A DNA stretch of 64,000 nt, taken from contig CM059431.1 of NCBI GenBank assembly GCA_030390025.1, positions 139,378,001 through 139,442,000 of the forward strand, given 5' to 3'. Shown piece by piece: positions 1-12,400 of this stretch. The position numbers and the translations under genes were made by a program. Every line of letters begins with the position of its first letter. Positions within the stretch are counted from its first letter, which is position 1. The DNA comes from Squalus acanthias (Eukaryota). The notes under the pieces were generated by a model that worked only from the letters and a program-made list of their open reading frames with translations, did not search any database and was not told the DNA's origin.

Positions 1-949
1 AGCTAGAAACAGTGAAGGTCCAAAGCTAAAAACAGTGACGATCCAAAGCTAGAAACAGTGAAGCTCCAAAGCTAGAAACAGTGAAGGTCCAAATCTAGAA
101 ACAGAGTTGGTCAAAAGTTAGAAACAGCGAAGGTCCAAAGCTAGAAACAGTTGAGATCCAAAGCTAAAAACAGTGGCGGTCCAAAGCTAGAAACAGTGAA
201 GGTCCAAAGATAGAAACAGTGAAGTTCCAAAGCTAGTAACAGTGATGACCAAAGCTAGAAATAGTGAAGGTCCAAAGCTGGAAACAGTGAATGTTCAAAG
301 TTAGAAACAGCGAAGGTCCTAAGCTAGAAACAGTGAAGGTCCAAAGCTGGAAACAGTGTTGGTGCAAAGCTAGAAACAGTGGATGCCAAAGATAGAAACA
401 GTGAAGGTCGAAAGCTAGAAACAGTGGAGGTCCAAAGCTAGAAACAGTGTTGGTGCAAAGCTAGAAAAATTGAAGGTCCAAAGATAGAAACAGTGAAGGT
501 CGAAAGCTAGAAACAGTGGAGGTCCAAAGCTAGAAACAGTGGAGGTCCAAAGCTAGAAATAGTGAAGGTCGAAAGCTAGAAACAGTGGAGGTCCAAAGCT
601 AGAAACAGTGGAGGTCAAAAGCAAGAAACATTGGAGGTCCAAAGCTACAAAGAGAAGAAGTCCAAACCTAGGAGCAGTGAAGGTGCAAAGGTAGAGACAG
701 TGAAGGTCCAAAGCGAGAGGCAGTGGAGTTCCAAATCTAGAAACAGTGAAAGTCCAAAGCTAGAAAGAGTGGAGATCCAAAGCTAGAAACAGTGAAGGTC
801 CAAAGCTAGAAACAGTGATGGTGCAAAGCTAGAAACAGTGAAGGTCCAAAGCTAGAAAGAGTGGAGATCCAAAGCTAGAAACAGTGAAGGTCCAAAGCTA
901 GAAACAGTGAAGTTCCAAAGCAAGAAACAGTGAAGGTCCAAAGCTAGAA

Positions 950-3900
950 ACAGTGGAGGTCCAAAGCTAGAAACAGTGAAGGTCCAAAGCTACAAACATT
1001 GGAGATCCAAAGCTAGAAACAGTGAAGATCCAAAGTTAGAAAAAGTGAAGGTCCAAAGTTAGAAACAGTGTAGGTCCAAAGCTAGAAACAGTGAATGTTC
1101 AAAGCTAGAAATGGTGGAGGTCGAAAGCTAGAAACAGTGAAGGTCCAAAGCTAGAAACAGTGTAGGTCCAAAGCTAGAAACAGTGTTGGTCCAAAGCTAG
1201 AAAAAGTGAATGTTCAAAGCTAGAAATGGTGGAGGTCGAAAGCTAGAAACAGTGAAGGTCCAAAGCTAGAAGCAGTGGAGGTTCAATGCTAGAAACAGTG
1301 AAGGTCCAAAGCTAGAAACAGTGTTGGTACAAAGCTAGAAACAGTAGAGTTCCAAATCTAGAAACAGTGGAGTTCCTAATTTGGAAAATGTGGAGGTCCA
1401 AAGCTAATGAGAGTGAAGGTCCGAAGTTAGAAACAGTGGAGGTCCAAAGCTGGAAACAATGAAGATCCAAAGCTAGAAACAGTGGAGGTCCAAAGTTAGA
1501 AACAGTGGAGGTCGAAAGCTAGAAACAGTGAAGATCCAAAGCTAGAAACAGTGAAGTTCCAAAGCTGGAAACAGTGAAGGTCCAAAGAACGAAAAAGTGG
1601 CGATCCAAAGCTAGAAACTGTGAAGGTCCAAATCTAGACACTGTGGAGGTCCAAAGCTAGAGTCAGTGAAGGTACAAATTTAGAAACAGTGAAGTTCCAA
1701 AGCGAGAAATAGTGGTGGTCCAAAGCTAGAAACAGTGGTGGTCCAAAGCGAGAAAGAGTGGAGATCCACAGCTAGAAACAGTGGAAGTCTAAAGCTAGAA
1801 ACAGTGAAGTTCCAAAGCTAGAAACAGTGAAGGTCCAAAGCTAGAAACAGTGAAGGTCCAAAGCTGGAAACAGTGAAGATCCAAAGCAAGAAACAGCGGG
1901 GTTCCATTGCTAGGAACAGTGAAGGTCCAATGCTAGAAATAGTGAAGCTCCAATTCTAGAAATAGCGGAGGACCAAAGCTAGAAACAGCGAAGTTCCAAA
2001 GTTCAAACTGTGGAGGTCCAAAACTAGAAAGAGTGAAGGTCCAAACCTAGAAAAAATGGAGGTCCAAAGCTAGAAACAGTGAAGGTCCAAAGCTAAAAAC
2101 AGTGAAGATCCAAATCTAGAAACAGAGGTGGTCAAAAGTTGGCAACAGCGAAGGTCCAAAGCTAGAAACAGTTGAGATCCAAAGCTAGAAACAGTGGCGG
2201 TCCAAAGCTAGAAACAGTGAAGGTCCAAAGCTAGAAAGAGTGGAGGTCCAAAGCTCGAAACAGTGAAGTTCCAAAGTTAGAAACAGTGAAGGTCCAAAGC
2301 TAGAATCAGTGTTGGTCCAAAGCTAGTAACAGTGAGGTCCAAAGCTAGAAATAGTGAAGGTCCAAAGCTGGAAACAGTGAATGTTCAAAGTTAGAAACAG
2401 TGAAGGTCCTAAGCTAGAAACAGTGAAGGTCCAAAGCTAGAAACAGTGTTTGTCCAAAGCTAGAAACAGTGGAGGTCCAAAGCTAGAAGCAGTGAAGGTC
2501 CAAAGATAGAAACAGTGAAGGTCGAAAGCTAGAAACAGTGGAGGTCCAAAGCTAGAAACAGTGGAGGTCCAAAGCTAGAAATAGTGAAGGTCGAAAGCTA
2601 GAAACAGTGGAGGTCCAAAGCTAGAAACAGTGGAGGTCAAAAGCAAGAAACATTGGAGGTCCAAATCTACAAAGAGTAGAGATCCAAAGCTAAAAGCAGC
2701 GGAGGTCCAAAGCAAGATACATTGAAGGTGCAAAGGTAGAGACAGTGAAGGTCCAACTGAGAGGCAGTGGAGTTCCAAATCTAGAAACAGTGAAAGTCCA
2801 AAGCTAGAAACAGTGAAGGTACAAAGATAGAAACAGTGAAGGTTCAAAGTAAGAAACAACTGAGATCCAAAGAAGAGACAGTGAAAGTCCAAAGCTAAAT
2901 AGAATTGAGCTCCAAAGCTAGAAACAGTGGAAGTCCGAATCTAGAAACAGTGGAGGTCCAAAGCTAGAAACAGTGGAGGTCCAAAGCTACAAACAGTGGA
3001 GGACCAAAGCTAGATACAGTGAAGGTCCAAAACTAGAGACAGTGAAGGTCCAAAGCTAGAAACAGTGACGGTCCAAAGCTAGAAACAGTGAAGGTCGAAA
3101 GTAAGAAACAATTGAGATCCAAAACTAGAATCTCTGATGGTCCAAAGCTAGACACAGTGAAGGTCAAAGCTAGAAACAGTGGAGGTCCGAAGCTAGAATA
3201 GTGAAGTTCCCAATTTAGAAACAGTGGAGGTCCGAAGCTAGAATAGTGAAGTTCCCAATTTAGAAACAGTGGAGGTCCAAAGCTAGAAATAGTGAAGTTT
3301 CCAATTTAGAAACAGTTGAGGTCTAAAGCTAGAAACAGTGGAGATCCAAAGCTAGACACATTGAAGGTCCAAAGCTAGAAACAATGGAGGTCCAGAGCTA
3401 GAAACAGTGAAGGTCCAAAGCTAGAAACAGTGTTGGTCCAAAGCTAGAAACAGTAGAGGTCCAAAGCTAGAAACAGTGGAGGTCCGAAGCTAGAAATAGT
3501 GAAGTTCCCAATCTAGAAACAGTGGAGGTCCAAAGCTAGAAATAGTGAAGCTCTCAATCTAGAAACAGGGGCGGTCCAAAGCTAGAAATAGTGAAGTTCC
3601 AAATCTTGACACAGTGAAGGTCAAAGCTAGAATCAGTGGAGGTTCGAAGCTAGAAATAGTTAATTTCCAAATCTAGAAACAATGGAGGTCCAAAGCTAGA
3701 AATAGTGAAGTTCCCAATCTAGGAACAGTGGAGGTCAAAAGCTAGAAACAGTGGAGATCCAAAGCTAGACACATTGAAGGTCAAAAGCTAGAAACAATGG
3801 AGGTCCAAAGCTAGAAACAGTGAAGGTCCAAATCGAGAAACAGTGGATGGTCGAAAGCTAGAAAGAGTGGAAGTCCAAAGCTAGAAACAGTGAAGGTCCA

Positions 3901-6900
3901 AAGCGAGAAACAGTGAAGATACAAAGCTAGAAACATTGACGTTCCAAAGCTAGAAACAGTAAAGGTCCAAAGCTAGAAACAGAAAAGGTCCAAAGCTAGA
4001 AACAGTGAAGGTCCAAATCCAGAAACAAAGGATGTCCAAAGCTAGCAATAGCGGTTGTCCTAAGCTAGAAACAGTGGAGTCCAAAGCTAGAAACAGTGGA
4101 GGTCCAACACTAGAAACAGTGAAGGTCCATAGCTAGAAACAGTGGAGGTCCAAAGCTAGAAACAGTGAAGGTCCAAAGCGAGAAACAGTGAAGATCCAAA
4201 GCAGAAACATTGACGTTCCAAAGCTAGAAACAGTGAAGGTCCAAACCTAGAAACAGTGGAGATCCAAAGCTAGAAACAGCGATGGTGCAACGCTAGAAAC
4301 GGGTGAGATCCAAAGCTCGAAACAGTGGAGGTCCAAAGCTAGAAACAGTGAAGGTCCAAAGCTAGAAACAATGTTGGTGCAAAGCTAGAAACAGTTTTGG
4401 TGCAAAGCAAGAAACAGTGTTGGTCCAAAGCTAGAAACAGTGAAGGTCCAAAGCTAGAAATAGCGGAGGTCCAAAGCTAGAAACAGTGAAGGTCCAAAGT
4501 TGAAAACAGTGGATGGTCGAAAGCTAGAAACAGTGGAAGTCCAAAGCTAGAAACAGTGAAGGTCCAAAGCTAGAAACAGTGAAGGTCCAAAGCTAGAAAC
4601 AGTGAAGTTCCAAAGCTAGAAACAGTGAAGGTCCAAAGCTAGAAACAGTGAAGGTCCAAAGCTAGAAACAGTGAAGGTCCAAAGCTAGAAACAGTGATGG
4701 TCAAAGCTAGAAATAGTGGAGGTCCAAAGCTAGAAACAGTGAGATCCAAAGTTAGAAACAGTGAAGGTCCAAAGCTAGAAACAGTGAGGTCCAAAGCTAG
4801 AAACAGTGAAGGTCCAAAGCTAGAAACTGGTGGAGGTCCAAAGCTAGAAACAGTGAAGGTCCAAAGCTAGAAACAGTGTAGGTCCAAAGCTAGAAACAGT
4901 GAAGGTTCAAAGCTAGAAACAGTGAAGGTCCAAAGCTAGAAACAGTGAAGGTCAAAGCTAGAAACAGTGTGAGGTCCAAAGCTAGAAACAGTGGAGGTCC
5001 AAAGCTAGAAACAGTGAAGGTTCCAAAGCTAGAAACAGTGAGTCCAAAGCTGAAACAGTGGAGGTGCAAAGCTAGAAACAGTGTTGGTCCTAAGCTAGAA
5101 ACAGTGGTGGTCCAAAGCTAGAAATAGCGGAGGTCCAAAGCTAGAAACAGTGAAAGTCCAAAGTTGAAAACAGTGGAGGTCCAAAGCTAAAAAGAGTGAA
5201 GGTGCAAAAGGAGAAACAGTCATGGTCCAAAGCTAGAAACAGTGGAGGTCCAAAGCTAGAAACATTTAAAGTCCAAAGCTAGAAACAGTGGAGGTCCAAA
5301 TCTAGAAACAGTGAAGGTCCAACGCTAGAAACAGTGGAGATCCAAAGCTAGAAACAGTGAACGTCCAAAACTAGTAACAATGAAGGTCGAAAGCGTGAAA
5401 GAGTGGAGCTCTAAAGCTAGAAAGAGTGGAGCTCCAAAGCTAGAAACATAGGAGGTACAAAGCTAGAAAGCGTGGAGATCCTAAGCTAGAAACAGTGAAG
5501 GTCCAAAGACTGAAACAGTGGAGATCCAAAGCTAGAGACAGTGAAGGGCCAAAGCTAGAAACAGTGAAGGTCCAAAGCTAGAAACAGTGTAGGTCCAAAG
5601 CTATAAACAGTGTAGGTTCGAAGCAAGAAATAGTGAAGTTCCCAATCTGGAAACAGTGGTGGTCCAAAGCTAGAAATAGTGAAGTTCCCAATCTAGAAAC
5701 AGTGGAGATCCAAAGCTAGAAATAGTGACGTGCCCAATCTAGAAACAGTGAAGGTCCAAAGCTAGAAACAGTGAAGGTCCAAAGCTAGAAACAGTGAAGG
5801 TCCAAAGCTACAAACATTGGAGGTCCAAAGCTAGAAACAGTGAAGATCCAAAGTTAGAAAAAGTGAAGGTCCAAAGCTAGAAACAGTGTAGGTCCAAAGC
5901 TAGAAACAGTGAATGTTCAAAGCTAGAAATGGTGGAGGTCCAAAGCTAGAAACAGTGAAGGTCCAAAGCTAGAAACAGTGTAGGTCCAAAGCTAGAAACA
6001 GTGTTGGTCCAAAGCTAGAAAAAGTGAATGTTCAAAGCTAGAAATGGTGGAGGTCGAAAGCTAGAAACAGTGAAGGTCCAAAGCTAGAAGCAGTGGAGGT
6101 TCAATGCTAGAAACAGTGAAGGTCCAAAGCTAGAAACAGTGTTGGTACAAAGCTAGAAACAGTAGAGTTCCAAATCTAGAAACAGTGGAGGTCCAAATTT
6201 GGAAAATGTGGAGGTCCAAAGCTAAAGAGAGTGAAGGTCCGAAGTTAGAAACAGTGGAGGTCCAAAGCTGGATACAATGAAGATCCAAAGCTAGAAACAG
6301 TGGAGGTCCAAAGTTAGAAACAGTGGAGGTCCAAAGCTAGAAACAGTGAAGATCCAAAGCTAGAAACAGTGAAGTTCCAAAGCTGGAAACAGTGAAGGTC
6401 CAAAGAACGAAAAAGTGGCGATCCAAAGCTAGAAACTGTGAAGGTCCAAATCTAGACACTGTGGAGGTCCAAAGCTAGAGTCAGTGAAGGTACAAATCTA
6501 GAAACAGTGAAGGTCCAAAGCGAGAAAGAGTGGTGGTCCAAAGCTAGAAACAGTGGTGGTCCAAAGCGAGAAAGAGTGGAGATCCAAAGCTAGAAACAGT
6601 GGAAGTCTAAAGCTAGAAACAGTGAAGTTCCAAAGCTAGAAACAGTGAAGGTCCAAAGCTAGAAACAGTGAAGGTCCAAAGCTGGAAACAGTGAAGATCC
6701 AAAGCAAGAAATAGCGGGGGTCCAAAGCTAGAAACAGCGAAGTTCCAAAGTTGGAAACAGTGGAGGTCCAAAACTAGAAAGAGTGAAGGTCCAAACCTAG
6801 AAATAGCGGAGGTCCAAAGCTAGAAACAGCGAAGTTCCAAAGTTGGAAACTGTGGAGGTCCAAAACTAGAAAGAGTGAAGGTCCAAACCTAGAAAAAATG

Positions 6901-9400
6901 GAGGTCCAAAGCTAGAAACAGTGAAGGTCCAAAGCTAAAAACAGTGAAAATCCAAATCTAGAAACAGAGGTGGTCAAAAGTTGGAAACAGCGAAGGTCCA
7001 AAGCTAGAAACAGTTGAGATCCAAAGCTAGAAACAGTGGCGGTCCGAAGCTAGAAACAGTGAAGGTCCAAAGCTAGAAAGAGTGGAGGTCCAAAGCTCGA
7101 AACAGTGAAGTTCCAAAGTTAGAAACAGTGAAGGTCCAAAGCTAGAATCAGTTTTGGTCCAAAGCTAGTAACAGTGAGGGCCAAAGCTAGAAATAGTGAA
7201 GGTCCAAAGCTGGAAACAGTGAATGTTCAAAGTTAGAAACAGTGAAGGTCCTAAGCTAGAAACAGTGAAGGTCCAAAGCTAGAAACAGTGTTTGTCCAAA
7301 GCTAGAAACAGTGGAGGTCCAAAGCTAGAAGCAGTGAAGGTCCAAAGATAGAAACAGTGAAGGTCGAAAGCTAGAAACAGTGGAGGTCCAAAGCTAGAAA
7401 CAGTGGAGGTCCAAAGCTAGAAACAGTGGAGGTCAAAAGCAAGAAACATTGGAGGTCCAAATCTACAAAGAGTAGAGATCCAAAGCTAAAAGCAGCGGAG
7501 GTCCAAAGCAAGATACATTGAAGGTGCAAAGGTAGAGATAGTGAAGGTCCAAAGCGAGAGGCAGTGGAGTTCCAAATCTAGAAACAGTGAAAGTCCAAAG
7601 CTAGAAACAGTGAAGGTACAAAGATAGAAACAGTGAAGGATCAAAGCTAGAAACTGTGAGGTCCAAAGCTAGAACAGTGAAGGTCCAAAGCTAGAAACAG
7701 TGAAGGTCCAAAGCTAGAAACAGTGAAGGTCCAAAGCTAGACACAGTGAGGTCCAAAGCTAGAAACAGTGAAGGTCCAAAGCTAGAAACAGTGAAGTCCA
7801 AAGCTAGAAACAGTGGAGGTCCAAAGCTAGAAACAGTGGAGTTCCAAAGCTAGAAACAGTGAAGGTCCAAAGCTAGAAACAGTGAAGGTCCAAAGCTAGA
7901 AACAGTGAAGGTCCAAAGCTAGAAACGTGAAGTCAAAGCTAGAAACTGGTGGAGGTCCAAAGCTAGAAACAGTGAAGGTCCAAAGCTAGAAACAGTGTAG
8001 GTCCAAAGCTAGAAACAGTGGAGGTTCCAAAGCTAGAAACAGTGAAGGTCCAAAGCTAGAAAAAGTGAAGGTCCAAAGGCTAGAAACAGTGGAGGTCCAA
8101 AGCTAGAAACAGTGAAGTCCAAAGCTAGAAACAGTGGAGGTTCCAAAGCTAGAAACAGTGGAAGTCCAAAGCTAGACACATTGAAGGTCCAAAGCTAGAA
8201 ACAATGGAGGTCCAGAGCTAGAAACAGTGAAGGTCCAAAGCTAGAAACAGTGTTGGTCCAAAGCTAGAAACAGTAGAGGTCCAAAGCTAGAAAAAGTGGA
8301 GGTCCAAAGCTAGAAACAGTGGAGGTCCGAAGCTAGAAATAGTGAAGTTCCCAATCTAGAAACAGTGGAGGTCCAAAGCTAGAAATAGTGAAGCTCTCAA
8401 TCTAGAAACAGGGGCGGTCCAAAGCTAGAAATAGTGAAGTTCCAAATCTTGACACAGTGAAGGTCAAAGCTAGAATCAGTGGAGGTACGAAGCTAGAAAT
8501 AGTTAATTTCCAAATCTAGAAACAATGGAGGTGCAAAGCTAGAAATAGTGAAGTTCCCAATCTAGGAACAATGGAGGTCAAAAGCTAGAAACAGTGGAGA
8601 TCCAAAGCTAGACACATTGAAGGTCAAAAGCTAGAAACAATGGAGGTCCAAAGCTAGAAACAGTGAAGGTCCAAATCTAGAAACAGTGGATGGTCGAAAG
8701 CTAGAAACAGTGGAAGTCCAAAGCTAGAAACAGTGAAGGTCCAAAGCGAGAAACAGTGAAGTTCAAAGCTAGAAACAGTGACGGTCCAAAGCTAGAAACA
8801 GTGAAGGTCAAAGCTAGAAACAGGAAGGTCCAAAGCTAGAACAGTGAAGGGTCCAAAGCTAGAAACAGTGATGTCCAAAGCTAGAAATAGCGGTGTCCAA
8901 AGCTAGAAACAGTGGAAGTCCAAAGCTAGAAACAGTGGAGGTCCAACAGCTAGAAACAGTGGAAGGTCCATAGCTAGAAACAGTGGAGGTCCAAAGCTAG
9001 AAACAGTGAAGGTCCAAAGCGAGAAACAGTGAAGATCCAAAGCGAGAAACAGTGGACGGTCCAAAGCTAGAAACAGTGGAAGGTCCAAAGCCTAGAAACA
9101 GTGAAGATCCAAAGCTAGAAACAGCGATGGTGCAAAGCTAGAAACAGGTGAGGTCCAAAGCTAGAAACAGTGGAGGTCCAAAGCTAGAAACAGTGAAGGT
9201 CCAAAGCTAGAAACAATGTTGGTGCAAAGCTAGAAACAGTTTTGGTGCAAAGCTAGAAACAGTGTTGGTCCAAAGCTAGAAACAGTGAAGGTCCAAAGCT
9301 AGAAATAGCGGAGGTCCAAAGCTAGAAACAGTGAAGGTCCAAAGTTGAAAACAGTGGATGGTCGAAAGCTAGAAACAGTGGAAGTCCAAAGCTAGAAACA
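950..9400 (+). repeat. Satellite HOR domain I: ~4.8-kb unit (~210 monomers) in about two copies
   Basis: Private variants repeat at a fixed offset: GGAAAATGTG at 1,383 and 6,201 (4,818); GACACATTGAAGGTCAAAAG at 3,768 and 8,611 (4,843); CAGTCATGG at 5,217 and 10,064 (4,847). Confidence 0.8.
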
Positions 9401-12400
9401 GTGAAGGTCCAAAGCGAGAAACAGTGAAGATACAAAGCTAGAAACATTGACGTTCCAAAGCTAGAAACAGTAAAGGTCCAAAGCTAGAAACAGAAAAGGT
9501 CCAAAGCTAGAAACAGTGAAGGTCCAAATCCAGAAACAAAGGATGTTCAAAGCTAGCAATAGCGGTTGTCCTAAGCTAGAAACAGTGGAGTCCAAAGCTA
9601 GAAACAGTGGAGGTCCAACACCAGAAACAGTGAAGGTCCATAGCTAGAAACAGTGGAGGTCCAAAGCTAGAAACAGTGAAGGTCCAAAGCGAGAAACAGT
9701 GAAGATCCAAAGCAGAAACATTGACGTTCCAAAGCTAGAAACAGTGAAGGTTCAAACCTAGAAACAGTGGAGATCCAAAGCTAGAAACAGCGATGGTGCA
9801 ACGCTAGAAACGGGTGAGATCCAAAGCTCGAAACAGTGGAGGTCCAAAGCTAGAAACAGTGAAGGTCCAAAGCTAGAAACAATGTTGGTGCAAAGCTAGA
9901 AACAGTTTTGGTGCAAAGCTAGAAACAGTGTTGGTCCTAAGCTAGAAACAGTGGTGGTCCAAAGCTAGAAATAGCGGAGGTCCAAAGCTAGAAACAGTGA
10001 AAGTCCAAAGTTGAAAACAGTGGAGGTCCAAAGCTAAAAAGAGTGAAGGTGCAAAAGGAGAAACAGTCATGGTCCAAAGCTAGAAACAGTGGAGGTCCAA
10101 AGCTAGAAACATTTAAAGTCCAAAGCTAGAAACAGTGGAGGTCCAAATCTAGAAACAGTGAAGGTCCAATGCTAGAAACAGTGGAGATCCAAAGCTAGAA
10201 ACAGTGAACGTCCAAAACTAGTAACAATGAAGGTCGAAAGCGTGAAAGAGTGGAGCTCTAAAGCTAGAAAGAGTGGAGCTCCAAAGCTAGAAACATAGGA
10301 GGTACAAAGCTAGAAAGCGTGGAGATCCTAAGCTAGAAACAGTGAAGGTCCAAAGACTGAAACAGTGGAGATCCAAAGCTAGAGACAGTGAAGTGCCAAA
10401 GCTAGAAACAGTGAAGGTCCAAAGCTAGAAACAGTGTAGGTCCAAAGCTATAAACAGTGTAGGTTCGAAGCTAGAAATAGTGAAGTTCCCAATCTGGAAA
10501 CAGTGGTGGTCCAAAGCTAGAAATAGTGAAGTTCCCAATCTAGAAACAGTGGAGATCCAAAGCTAGAAATAGTGACGTTCCCAATCTAGAAACTGTGGAG
10601 GTCCAAAGCTAGAAACAGTGAAGTTCCCAATCTAGAAACAGTGGAGGTCGAAAGGTAGAAACAGTGGAGGTCCGAAGCTAGAAATAGTGAAGTTCCCAAT
10701 CTTGAAACATTGGCGGTCCAAAGCTAGAAATAGTGAAGTTCCCAATCTAGAAACAGTGAAGTTCCAAAGCTGGAAACAGTGAAGGTCCAAAGAACGAAAC
10801 AGTGGAGATCCAAAGCTAGAAACTGTGAAGGTCCAAATCTAGACACAGTGGAGGTCCAAAGCTAGAGACAGTGAAGGTCCAAATCTAGAAACAGTGAAGG
10901 TCCAAAGCGAGCAAGAGTGGTGGTCCAAAGCGAGAAAGAGTGGTGGTCCAAAGCTAGAAACAGTGGTGGCCCAAAGCGAGAAAGAGTGGAGATCCAAAGA
11001 TAGAAACAGTGAAGTTCCCAATCTAGTAACAGTGGAGGTCCAAAGCTAGAAATACGAAGTTCCCAAGCTAGGAACAGTGGAGTTCCAGAGCTAGAAATAG
11101 TGAAGTTCCCAATCTAGAAACAGTGGAGGTCCAAAGGTAGAAGTAGTGAAGTTCCAAATCTAGACAGAGTGAAGGTCAAAGCAAGAAACAGTGGAGTACC
11201 GAATCTAGAAATAGTGAAGTTCCCAATCTAGAAACAGTGGAGGTCCAAAGCTAGAAATAGTGAAGTTCCCAATCGAGAAAGAGAGGAGGTCTAAAGCTAG
11301 TAACAGTGAAGGTCCAAAGCTAGAAACAGTGGAGGTCCAAAGCTAGAAACAGTGTAGGTCCAAAGCTAGAAACACTGAAGGTCCAAATCCAGAAACAAAG
11401 GATGTCCAAAGCTAGAAATAGCGGTTGTCCAAAGCTAGAAACAGTGGAGTCCAAAGCTAGAAACAGTGGAGGTCCAACACTAGAAACATTGAAGGTCCAT
11501 AGCTAGAAACAGTGGAGGTCCAAAGCTAGAAACAGTGAAGGTCCAAAGCGAGAAACAGTGAAGGTCCAAAGCGAGAAACAGTGAAGATACAAAGCTAGAA
11601 ACATTGACGTTCCAAAGCTAGAAACAGTAAAGGTCCAAAGCTAGAAACAGAAAAGGTCCAAAGCTAGAAACAGTGAAGGTCCAAATCCAGAAACAAAGGA
11701 TGTCCAAAGCTAGAAATAGCGGTTGTCCAAAGCTAGAAACAGTGGAGTCCAAAGCTAGAAACAGTGGAGGTCCAACACTAGAAACAGTGAAGGTCCATAG
11801 CTAGAAACAGTGGAGGTCCAAAGCTAGAAACAGTGAAGGTCCAAAGCGAGAAACAGTGAAGATCCAAAGCAGAAACATTGACGTTCCAAAGCTAGAAACA
11901 GTGAAGGTCCAAACCTAGAAAAAGTGGAGATCCAAAGCTAGAAACAGCGATGGTGCAAAGCTAGAAACGGGTGAGATCCAAAGCTCGAAACAGTGGAGGT
12001 CCAAAGCTAGAAACAGTGAAGGTCCAAAGCTAGAAACAATGTTGGTGCAAAGCTAGAAACAGTTTTGGTGCAAAGCTAGAAACAGTGTTGGTCCAAAGCT
12101 AGAAACAGTGGTGGTCCAAAGCTAGAAACAGTGAAGGTCCAAAGCTAGAAATAGCGGAGCTCCAAAGCTAGAAACAGTGAAAGTCCAAAGTTGAAAACAG
12201 TGGAGGTCCAAAGCTAAAAAGAGTGAAGGTGCAAAAGGAGAAACAGTCATGGTCCAAAGTTACAAACAGTGGAGGTGCAAAGCTAGAAACATTTAAAGTC
12301 CAAAGCTAGAAACAGTGGAGGTCCAAATCTAGAAACAGTGAAGGTCCAACGCTAGAAACAGTGGAGATCCAAATCTAGAAACAGTGAACGTCCAAAACTA

